From an uncultured bacterium (lineage in GTDB: Bacteria > Acidobacteriota > Thermoanaerobaculia > Multivoradales > JAHZIX01), in the NCBI GenBank assembly GCA_965368975.1, contig CBDUPA010000001.1, forward strand, positions 448,001-512,000: a stretch of 64,000 nt of DNA, given 5' to 3'. Shown here piece after piece: positions 8,889 to 17,280 of this stretch. The position numbers and the translations under genes were made by a program. Position 1 is the stretch's first letter. Every line of letters starts with the position of its first letter. The notes below the pieces were generated by a model. That model had not been told where the DNA came from. It did no database searches and saw only the letters and a program-made list of their open reading frames with translations.

Positions 8889-10631
8889 ATGAAGAAGGCC
8901 AGGGTTCCAGTCGTGATCGCAATCGTCGTCTGCTTGTTCGTCGTACTGCGGTTCTTCCAGAAGCCAGCAGATGGACCGGACGGCGCGGGCTATGGAGGCG
9001 CTGGCCAGAGCACTGACGCCACTTGCGTCTCGCAGCTCCCGCCGGACCAGCGCACCGCCGCGATCTCCTCCTGGATCGGGGGCAGCTTGCCGACCGAAGT
9101 CGGTGGCACGCAGGAGTGCGACTTCTACGACTTCGCCTGGCAGAGCTTCCTGGCCCTGACCGCGCCGGTCGCGCCGGCCGAGGGCTACGTGTTTGCCGGT
9201 TGGGGCAGTTCGAGCGCCCTGTTTCCCCCGCCGGGCGCCGTGCCGCCGCCCTTTCCCAGGGGGCCCGCCGAGCGCCTGGTGGCCTCGCCCGTGCTCGGCA
9301 AGACCGGTGCGTCGCTGAGCGCGTTCAAGGATCCAGACCTGGTCGGCGATCTGCTCACGGTCCGCCAAGCGTCGTCGGACACTTCCGAGATCTCCGCTGG
9401 TGACTTCGAGCAGGCTGCTTCACTCGTGCCGTACACTGACGCCAACGGCCGCTGGGTGCACTACAGCGTGCTGAGCAACCAGACCGAGTACGATTTCGTC
9501 GCTGACCAGGGACTCTACGCCTCCGACTGCTACAACGCCTGGGGAGGCTCGTCGGAGGGCACAGTCGCTTACGACCCGACGACCGGTGACGTCACCGTCA
9601 CCTGTGCCGGTACTGGCAACGGCAGTGGCAGCTCGACGGCCACGCACCTGTGCCAGGCTGCGGCCGCGCCCGACCCGATGCCGCAGATGCCCACCGGTGC
9701 CGTTGAGCTCAAGATCGCCTGGCGAGTGCTCGAAACCTGCGACCTGCCCGACTCGCCATCGCCGTGCACGCCGGAAGATCCCAGCCCCTACCTGACCGCT
9801 CCCGGCGTCGTCGACCCCTACAGCCCGACCGTCGCCAAGCTGGACGTGACGTTGGCCCTGGTCGGCTTCCACGTCGTCACGCGCAGTGCCCAGTATCCCG
9901 ATGGCATCTGGGCCACGTTCGAGTACAACGGCAATGCCTCGGACTGCCCCGCGAGCGGACCCACCGGCCAGGACAACATGTTCTGCACGCCCTGTCCGTT
10001 CGACTTCGGCCAGTGGAGCCCGGAGCTGCAGAAGGTGGTGCAGGACCAGGTTGCCGCCGGAAGCGCTACCCTCGACGACAGCGGCACCCGACTCGTGTGC
10101 AGCAGAAATCCGGGCGCCTTCAACCTCGCGATCCCCAAGTTCTACGACCCCGGCACCGGCGACGGTCAGTGCCCGGGCGCACCGATTCCCACCGACGTTT
10201 GCCGGATCGACCCAATCCCGGACGCGGTGGCGCAGCTCAACACCTGGGTCGACGAAGTTCTGGCCCAGGACATGCCAGTTCTGGCCAACTACGAGTTGGT
10301 CGGCGTCATGTGGCTGAACGAGGACTGCCGGAGCCATGGCGACTGCGCCGAGCAGGGCACCCTGAAGCTGACCAACACCACCATGGAGACCTTCGAGCAG
10401 GCGCTCGACCTGAGCAAGGAAAACGCCGGCACCGGTTGCTTGGTGTGTCACGCGACCAATCAGTTCAACCCCACACCTTTTGCCAGCAAGCCCTTCGCCC
10501 GCGGCCTGGCGGACCGCAGCCTGCTCTTCTACCGCATCCGGCAGCAGGAAGGCCAGGAGTGCAGCGCGCCCCCGGCGAGCTATGATTGCCCGCCCTGTAG
10601 CCCGGATCTGGCTTCTCTCGATGGCCGCTGA
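8889..10631 (+). CDS. Membrane-anchored Cys-rich protein with one CxxCH (putative monoheme cytochrome c)
   Basis: N-terminal TM; AWQSFLAL, ELKIAWRV, LVGFHV...WATFE, NTTMETF and GCLVCH motifs; many additional Cys. Confidence 0.6.
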   Translation: MKKARVPVVIAIVVCLFVVLRFFQKPADGPDGAGYGGAGQSTDATCVSQLPPDQRTAAISSWIGGSLPTEVGGTQECDFYDFAWQSFLALTAPVAPAEGYVFAGWGSSSALFPPPGAVPPPFPRGPAERLVASPVLGKTGASLSAFKDPDLVGDLLTVRQASSDTSEISAGDFEQAASLVPYTDANGRWVHYSVLSNQTEYDFVADQGLYASDCYNAWGGSSEGTVAYDPTTGDVTVTCAGTGNGSGSSTATHLCQAAAAPDPMPQMPTGAVELKIAWRVLETCDLPDSPSPCTPEDPSPYLTAPGVVDPYSPTVAKLDVTLALVGFHVVTRSAQYPDGIWATFEYNGNASDCPASGPTGQDNMFCTPCPFDFGQWSPELQKVVQDQVAAGSATLDDSGTRLVCSRNPGAFNLAIPKFYDPGTGDGQCPGAPIPTDVCRIDPIPDAVAQLNTWVDEVLAQDMPVLANYELVGVMWLNEDCRSHGDCAEQGTLKLTNTTMETFEQALDLSKENAGTGCLVCHATNQFNPTPFASKPFARGLADRSLLFYRIRQQEGQECSAPPASYDCPPCSPDLASLDGR

Positions 10632-11122
10632 GACCTAGTCCACCGCCGCTTTCCGGCCCGCATCAGCGCCGGGTACACGATGCGATGCCGAAAGGGAGCG
10701 ATCGCCCTCATGTACCAGCGCCCGAGCCGACCCCGAGGCAGCACGAAGACGGCCATCTGTGCGGTCCACGTGTGGTTCGGTTTCTGCACCCAACCCAAAT
10801 GCATCAGCGCCGTCACCGTCTTGTTCTCGATGCGCAGCACCTGTTCTCGGGGGTCGCGGAAGACCTCGTAGAAGCCGATGCCTTGGTCGTTGTCCCAGCC
10901 AAAGATCTTGCCGAGCGCCAAGCGCAGGCCGAAGAGGGCGCGCACCAAGATCGAGGTTTCCGCGACCATTGCTTTCATGTCATGCAGCTCGTGGAAGGTC
11001 TCGAAGTCCTCTGCCCTTTCTGCTTCGATCGGATACTGCCAAAGATCGAGCAGTTCGAAGTCGCGGGCATAGTCGTGCACCCACCAATTCTGCTGCTGGT
11101 GGACGGTGTTGTCGAGTCTCAT
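10580..11122 (-). CDS. DUF2867-like protein
   Basis: ALFGLRLALGKIFGWD and GRWYMRAIAPFRHRIVYP motifs are typical of this family. Confidence 0.7.
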   Translation of the reverse strand: MRLDNTVHQQQNWWVHDYARDFELLDLWQYPIEAERAEDFETFHELHDMKAMVAETSILVRALFGLRLALGKIFGWDNDQGIGFYEVFRDPREQVLRIENKTVTALMHLGWVQKPNHTWTAQMAVFVLPRGRLGRWYMRAIAPFRHRIVYPALMRAGKRRWTRSQRPSREARSGLQGGQS

Positions 11123-11143
11123 GACAGGTTGTCCTCAACAGTT

Positions 11144-12046
11144 CTACCTGTGGCTGTGCGGCAGCCGCTGCGGATCGATCGGTGCCGCAGGGTGCTCCAG
11201 CGCGTAGAGGTAGGTCTTCTCGCAGCTGTGGTTGGCGAGAAGGCTACCGTATTGGGCGGTGAAGCAGACCGGGATACCGACGTGCTGGTAGACGGTATCG
11301 GCGAGTTCCGCCGGCGGCACTTCCGGTACCACGTCGGAGGTGTTGACCACCCGGTAGGTGACCGCGTTCTTCCAAGCCTGGTTCGCCGCCATGGCGTTGT
11401 AGTTGGCGGCGAAGGTCGGGTCGCCGGTGCGCGGTGAAGCCAGGTTGATCTGGATCGCTTGCCACTCGGGCACCTGATAGCCACTGTTGACCAGGATGTC
11501 CGGGAAGGCCAGCGTGGCCAGCGACGAGCCCAGACTGTGACCGGAGACGATCAGCTGTCCGGGGTTCGAAGGCGGCGTACCCAGAGCCTCGAGCAGGGCG
11601 TCGCGCATCGTCAGGTAGATCTGCAGGAAGCCCTCGTGGACGCGGCCGAAGGAACTGCCGCCGGGGCCCAGGAGGCCGGGAATGTCGCACGGTACCTGGT
11701 GGATCTTCAGGTCTTCGATGTCGTCGTCCTTGGTAGCCGTGCCGCGGACGATGACGAACGTCTGCGCTCCACGGCGGGCGACGAAGGCGAAGGGTTCCCA
11801 GCGCTCGAAAAAGGCGAACATCTTCGATTCGCCCCAGATCGGCGTGCTGTAGTCAAAACCGTTGGTGGGCGGTTTCCACGCGAAATCCTTCTCTCCGGGC
11901 TTGCCCTGGGCACGCCACTGACTCTCCATGGCGTAACCGATGTCGACCAGCTTGGCGCAGGTCACGGCCAGGTCGAGGTCGAACGGGGCAGGCGGCCAGT
12001 GCATCGGCACGCCGGACAGGGCTTCGGGAGGGAGTGTGGGTGCCAT
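11144..12046 (-). CDS. Class 3 lipase family alpha/beta hydrolase
   Basis: IVRGT, VHEGF, SGHSLG nucleophile elbow, SPRTGD and DVVPEVP motifs; AGGAG RBS before ATG 12046. Confidence 0.9.
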   Translation of the reverse strand: MAPTLPPEALSGVPMHWPPAPFDLDLAVTCAKLVDIGYAMESQWRAQGKPGEKDFAWKPPTNGFDYSTPIWGESKMFAFFERWEPFAFVARRGAQTFVIVRGTATKDDDIEDLKIHQVPCDIPGLLGPGGSSFGRVHEGFLQIYLTMRDALLEALGTPPSNPGQLIVSGHSLGSSLATLAFPDILVNSGYQVPEWQAIQINLASPRTGDPTFAANYNAMAANQAWKNAVTYRVVNTSDVVPEVPPAELADTVYQHVGIPVCFTAQYGSLLANHSCEKTYLYALEHPAAPIDPQRLPHSHR

Positions 12047-12236
12047 GACGGTTCTCCTACGAGCGGGTTTGGCAACGAGTATAGAGGAGAACCGAGACAG
12101 ATCCGCTGACACCGACGAGGCCGAGCGGCACTCGTCAGTCCGTGCGTCACGTTTCTCGAAGCTGTCTCGTCTTCCTGTTCGAGGCTCGCCGTAGCGGTGA
12201 GTGTGTTCAACAACGGTCAGCAAAGAGGAGTCGACC

Positions 12237-12581
12237 ATGAAGGAACAAGCCAAGAGGGTCTTCGTCGCGGGAGCCAGTGGAGTGATCGGCCGGTCGCTGA
12301 TCCCTCGACTCATCGAGCAGGGGCATACAGTGACTGCGATGACTCGCAGCACGCAGAGTGCCGAGAGGCTGGCGGCCACAGGTGCCCGGCCGGTGGTGTG
12401 CGATGTCTACGACACGTCGTCGCTAGAAAAGGTGATGCGGCAGGCGGCGCCGGAAGTGATCCTCCACCAACTGACTGCTTTGCCGCCGGCGATCGATCCA
12501 CGCAAGCTGGACGGCCTGGCCGTGGGGAAACCTCACTCACCGCGGGTAGCAACGACTCGATCACCGTCTCCTGGCTGGTGA
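12237..12581 (+). pseudogene. Truncated NAD-dependent epimerase/dehydratase (N-terminal Rossmann fragment)
   Basis: VFVAGASGVIG...ILHQLTAL, then similarity is lost; 114 aa versus about 300 aa expected; no YxxxK. Confidence 0.7.
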
Positions 12582-12732
12582 TGTCAGCGCTGCCACCGTG
12601 GGCTGCCATTGTTCACTGCCGAGCTGCTCCGGTCCTGCTAGCTCACAATGGTATGCTGCTGGGCATACGGACTTTCGTTGACTTTCGTTGTTTCGAGAGA
12701 CGTTCAACCCTGTTCTGAGGAGGAGTACGACA

Positions 12733-12978
12733 ATGAAGAAAGATCGGCGTAAGCTGAAGCTGCATCGCGAGACGCTACGGTATCTGAACCGCGGGGATCT
12801 GCCGGGAGTCGTCGGCGCTGCCATCCTGCCGTCGGATCCGCAGGTGTGTACCTACCCGTCTTGCATCGACGGTTGTCTCAGCACTCCGAGACCCTGTGGC
12901 GAGTCGCTGATGGTGGAGCAGTGCCAGAGCTATCTGTGCGATACACAGCCGGAGTTCTGCACGCAGACCATTCCCTGA
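12733..12978 (+). CDS. Putative RiPP (lanthipeptide-like) precursor, 81 aa
   Basis: Strong AGGAGGAG RBS; leader MKKDRRKLKLHRETLRYL...VVGA; core with 7 Cys and many Ser/Thr. Confidence 0.7.
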   Translation: MKKDRRKLKLHRETLRYLNRGDLPGVVGAAILPSDPQVCTYPSCIDGCLSTPRPCGESLMVEQCQSYLCDTQPEFCTQTIP

Positions 12979-13188
12979 GCGAGCCTCTCCTTGAGGTGCT
13001 GCGTGAAGCGCAGGCGTCCAGGCTGATCGGGATGCACCAGGTGGTCTTGGTTTGCCAGGGCGAAAGGGAGCTTCCAGTCGACATGATCTCCTGCAATAGC
13101 ATCGGAGAATGCTCGGGGGGGGCTCTTTTTAATTTGCGTCTGTACTATGCCACAAGAGAGTCCTGCAGTGGCCCGTGACCGCGGCAGA

Positions 13189-13515
13189 TCACTTGGGTAG
13201 AGCCAGCCACAAGACCAGAAAGGCGAAGGCTGCCAGCACGACGACGATCGCCAGCCCTATCCAGGCTCGGCCAATGCGTGGCATCTCCCACGCACCACCG
13301 CGCAGTTGCTGCCGGTTCATTTCGAGAGGGGCCATCTCGACGGCCAGGAACTTGCCCAGTCGCCGGGCTTCGCCGCAGTTCTCGCACTGCTGCGCGTGCT
13401 TGTTCAGGCGCAGTGTGGTCAGCGGGTCGAGCTCGCCACGCGCCGCGGCCCAGAGGTCCGTCGCGGGTGGGCACGGTTCGCTGTCTGCAGTGTGCTGAGA
13501 GCTCTTGGGGTTCAT
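13189..13515 (-). CDS. Small zinc-finger (HxxxCxxC) anti-sigma-like membrane protein
   Basis: CP...ARGEL...HAQQCENC motif plus a C-terminal TM helix. Confidence 0.6.
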   Translation of the reverse strand: MNPKSSQHTADSEPCPPATDLWAAARGELDPLTTLRLNKHAQQCENCGEARRLGKFLAVEMAPLEMNRQQLRGGAWEMPRIGRAWIGLAIVVVLAAFAFLVLWLALPK

Positions 13516-13941
13516 CGACGTCAAGCTTAGCGGATCTGGCGTTGTGAAACTCACCGGCCCCTTCGAGCCTGGCTCATCCCGGATCGCCGACCAGCACGAA
13601 CGACGCTCAGTGGAACAGGTGCTCAGGCCGGGAAGACCTTCGCCGGCGGCCGAGAATCCTCCTTCGGTCCCGTTTCGTAAGCTCTGCGAGGTACCCGAAA
13701 CTACAACTTTCTACGCCGCGCCGTCTTCGTGCCTGAACCTTGGCCCTTCTGGCCGTTGCTCTCGCCGCCTACCCTGGGGCGGGCCCGGACGGAAGCTTCG
13801 GCAGGGCGGACGACGCAATGTCGACTTCGGCGCCGATAGCTACGCCTATCCTGAGCGCTTCGCCGCAGCATCCACCCGCCAGGCAACGTCGAAGGGTAGT
13901 GCAGGTGGCGAATTCCTCGCTGCCGAACTCTGGAGGCCAAG

Positions 13942-14127
13942 ATGTTCAAGTGGTTTCGCCGCGACCCAGTCCAGACGCTCAGGAAGTCGTACGAAAAGAA
14001 GTTGGAGCAGGCGCTTGCTGCACAGCGGGGTGGTGACATGCCGCGCTTTGCTGAACTGACCGCGGAGGCGGATCAGATCGCTGCCGAGATCGAGTACCTC
14101 GAACGGTCCCTGGCGGGTGCAGCATGA
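13942..14127 (+). CDS. Small conserved protein (DUF6435-like)
   Basis: MFKWFRRDP...YEKKLEQALAAQRGGD; GGAGG RBS; ATGA-coupled to the SDR gene. Confidence 0.65.
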   Translation: MFKWFRRDPVQTLRKSYEKKLEQALAAQRGGDMPRFAELTAEADQIAAEIEYLERSLAGAA

Positions 14128-14879
14128 ACGATGCACACGCGTATCTGGTCGTTGGCGCTACCGGAGGTATCGGTAGCGCTCTGTGCCAGCGTCTGGCCAC
14201 GACCGGTGCGCGGTTGATGCTGGTCGCACGCGGCGAAGAGCGCTTGCAGGAACTCGCGGCGCAGTTGCGGGAGGCTGGTTCTCCGGACGTGCAGCTGCAT
14301 GCCCTGGATGCGCGCCAGCCGCAGGCGGTCGAGTCTTGCGTCAAGGCGATGATCGACCACTTCGGCCAGCTCGACGGTGCCGCTCACCTCGTCGGTTCCA
14401 TCCTACTCAAGCCCGCGCACCTCACCTCCGACGAAGAGTGGGCCGAGACGCTGGACGTCAATCTGACCTCGGCCTTCTACGTGCTGCGACATGCCGCCAA
14501 AGCCATGCTGCGCACCGGTGGCTCGATTGTCCTGGTCTCGACGTCCGCCGCTCGCGTCGGCTTGCCCAACCACGAAGCGATCGCTGCCGCCAAGGCTGGC
14601 TTGCAGGGCCTCACCCGCTCAGCTGCCGCCAGCTATGCAGCGCGCGGCATTCGCGTCAACTGCGTGGCCCCCGGTCTTGTCGATACCCCACTGGCATCGC
14701 GCATCACCGGCAACGAGCGCGCGCTCGAAGCGTCGCGCGCCATGCATCCGCTGGGTCGAATCGGGCAGGCGGAGGACGTGGCGTCTTCGATCGCTTACTT
14801 GCTTGGGCCGGAGTCGAGTTGGGTGACAGGGCAGGTACTTGGCGTCGATGGCGGATTGGCGGATCTGAAGCAGCGCTGA
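14124..14879 (+). CDS. SDR family oxidoreductase
   Basis: GATGGIG, IRVNCVAPG, HPLGRIG and VTGQVLGVDGG motifs; the catalytic YxxxK appears as IAAAK. Confidence 0.92.
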   Translation: MNDAHAYLVVGATGGIGSALCQRLATTGARLMLVARGEERLQELAAQLREAGSPDVQLHALDARQPQAVESCVKAMIDHFGQLDGAAHLVGSILLKPAHLTSDEEWAETLDVNLTSAFYVLRHAAKAMLRTGGSIVLVSTSAARVGLPNHEAIAAAKAGLQGLTRSAAASYAARGIRVNCVAPGLVDTPLASRITGNERALEASRAMHPLGRIGQAEDVASSIAYLLGPESSWVTGQVLGVDGGLADLKQR

Positions 14880-14942
14880 CGACCAGGTTCGTAGCGGTGA
14901 AGAGAGGAGCCATGAGTTCTAGTTTCTGGGGCACTCGCAGTC

Positions 14943-17099
14943 TCAGCTATCAGATTCATTTTCCTGGGGAGTAACGGCAGGGAACCTGTCGATCAGGGCT
15001 TGATATGCTTCTGCTGACTTCCTGCTAGTCCGAACATGCTCCAGCGTCGGGTCGCTATTGAGGCTGCGAGCTACCTCTTCTGACAGGCTCAAGGCCCTAC
15101 CGAGATGCTCCAGAGCTTGGCCTAGGAGGTATTGCTCCATTTGACATGCCTCATCACGTGAGCACTTCTCAGCGACGAGAGAGTAGGAGCAGGCGAAACT
15201 GTACTGAACGTAGGCGGATGAACTTGCCGCCGGGAGCGCACTGAGGAGCTTGTGGGCTTCCTCCAGAGTTCCCGGACTGTTCAACAAGAGCAGTGTGCTG
15301 TGGACGAGCCGCGCGCTAGGCTCGATATGCCGCAGGTAAGTCACGAGGTTGCGCTGCGTCAGAAGCCTTGGGTTACCAGCAGACTCAAGGGCTGATCTTG
15401 CAGCGTCGAGTTCGGCGTTGAGGGCCTTTGCAGTGCGCAGTGCCTGTATCAGTTCTTCAGTTTCATGCTGCAGAACTACCAACAGGTAGAGAGCCGTCAG
15501 GTAGGTGGGGTCGTGTACTGTTGCGAAGATAGGTCGAGAGGCTCCGGTTCCGTCAGTCCGTTCTTGGTTCACGGTGACCTCTTGAACTACGGACTGCAGC
15601 AGGCCGATGGCAAAGGTGCGCAGATCTATGGAGGAACTCGTCGACCTTTGCTGCTGCACTAGATTTGAAGCTAAGTTGACTTTCGCCATGCGGAAGTCAG
15701 GATCTCGGTCCAGGGCCTGCAGGAATAGCTTGCGCTTGTGCTTAGGGTCGGACGCGTGCAGAGCGGCTCGGCACAAGGCATAGCTTCGCCAGTCCTGGGT
15801 TCCCAGCAACTCCAGCTGCTGTCCGCTGACGAAGTGGCAGAGCTCGAACAGTAGCCAGATGGAAGCGTACTCAGCTAGGCGAAAGGCGACTTCACCGTTG
15901 GGCTGAGCGACGAGCTTTCCGCACCGAAAGTCCTGCTGCCAAAGCGTCTGGCTGGTCAAGATCTTCTTGGCCCGGAGCAGCTGCAGGGTGATACCTACAC
16001 CCCGCGTTTCCGACGTGTGGGCTTGTATCGACAGGTGTAGGAGCCGTCTTGGGCGCACGTGCTTCAGGAGTGCTCCGATAGCCTTCAACCAAGCAGCACT
16101 GCCCGGCACGACGGTCTCGATCTCTGTTGGAATGGCCGTAGGTTCGACGGGACCCGTGACCTGCTGGACGTTGGATCCGCCAGTTCCGCGACTTAAGTGC
16201 AGCAGGTGATCCCTGAGCATCGTCGAGAAGCTTTGACCTGTGCTACTCAGTGCGTCCCCTTCGGGGTCTTCGATCTTCAGCAATGGACTGCGCAGTTGCC
16301 GTACGCAAAGAAGTAGGAAGAGCGCGATGAGCAGAGGGACCTCGGGAGCGGTTGAGAGCCAGGAGTCCAGCCAACGGCGGGCTGCACGCCACCAAGGGCC
16401 GGGCCCTCCTGATAGATACTCCAGGTTTGGAGGTACTTCGGCCCAGGGGTAGAGTCCTACGGCTGCCTTGAGTTCTGTCAGAGCGGCTGAGTGGAGACCA
16501 AGCTCGGCCAGTTCGAGGGCCTTGGCGAAGATGGCATCACGAAGCGCGTCTTGAGCCCGGCGGACGGCTTCTGGTCCTTCGTTCTTGGCGGGTGTGCCTG
16601 GCCCCGGCTTCGCCTCAGGTAGCGGCTCCTGTTGCTCGGTATTCGCAGTGGTGGCGGAGATGGTGGCTGGTGAATGTGTTGCCTGGTCGAGGAACCAAGC
16701 CTGTGCGCTCGTACCGGTACTGAGCTCGTGTGCCAGTCGAAACCACTCCTTGGCCTTGTCGATCTCCGCCAGGTACGCGAACGACTCTGCGCGGCTTAGG
16801 GCGGTGACAATCACCTCGGGTAATTTCGTGCAGGTCTTCTGCGGGTCAGCCTTGAGAGCCGCTTCGTAGGAACTCGAGAATCTGGCAAGAGAGTCTTGGA
16901 CTACTGCGGTTTGCCAAGTATCGCAGGCTGAGCTGTCCTCGCTGGCTTCCTGGCCCCATGCCGGTGTCTGAGACAGTGTGAAGAGGAGAAGAGCTATGAG
17001 CCATCTACTCACCTTCGCTGGTCGAAGATGGTCCCCTCTCGCGGAAAGATGATGTGCAGAGAGGTGGGAATTCGATATCGAGGTCGTTTCGCTGTGCAT
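14943..17099 (-). CDS. Hypothetical membrane protein with TPR-like helices, lower GC
   Basis: 718-aa ORF with a signal-like N-terminus, a central TM and a C-terminal 'YSFACSYSL' TPR-like end. Confidence 0.6.
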   Translation of the reverse strand: MHSETTSISNSHLSAHHLSARGDHLRPAKVSRWLIALLLFTLSQTPAWGQEASEDSSACDTWQTAVVQDSLARFSSSYEAALKADPQKTCTKLPEVIVTALSRAESFAYLAEIDKAKEWFRLAHELSTGTSAQAWFLDQATHSPATISATTANTEQQEPLPEAKPGPGTPAKNEGPEAVRRAQDALRDAIFAKALELAELGLHSAALTELKAAVGLYPWAEVPPNLEYLSGGPGPWWRAARRWLDSWLSTAPEVPLLIALFLLLCVRQLRSPLLKIEDPEGDALSSTGQSFSTMLRDHLLHLSRGTGGSNVQQVTGPVEPTAIPTEIETVVPGSAAWLKAIGALLKHVRPRRLLHLSIQAHTSETRGVGITLQLLRAKKILTSQTLWQQDFRCGKLVAQPNGEVAFRLAEYASIWLLFELCHFVSGQQLELLGTQDWRSYALCRAALHASDPKHKRKLFLQALDRDPDFRMAKVNLASNLVQQQRSTSSSIDLRTFAIGLLQSVVQEVTVNQERTDGTGASRPIFATVHDPTYLTALYLLVVLQHETEELIQALRTAKALNAELDAARSALESAGNPRLLTQRNLVTYLRHIEPSARLVHSTLLLLNSPGTLEEAHKLLSALPAASSSAYVQYSFACSYSLVAEKCSRDEACQMEQYLLGQALEHLGRALSLSEEVARSLNSDPTLEHVRTSRKSAEAYQALIDRFPAVTPQENESDS

Positions 17100-17218
17100 C
17101 TCAGCAGTCCCTTCGGCTTGATTCCAAGAACAGGAGACTGCAGTGGCGCTCGAGCCTCCCTGGGATACGTGACCATCTAGATGGACTTGAATCCGGGATT
17201 CCCAGCCGGCTGAGAAGA

Positions 17219-17255
17219 CAAGAACTCCGCCGGATCTGATCCGGCGGAGTTCTTG
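17219..17255. terminator. Perfect 18-bp inverted repeat, probable terminator of the haloperoxidase gene
   Basis: CAAGAACTCCGCCGGATC-T-GATCCGGCGGAGTTCTTG, 25 bp downstream of the 17281 stop. Confidence 0.7.
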
Positions 17256-17280
17256 GAAGGCGAAAAACCTCGTGTAGCGG

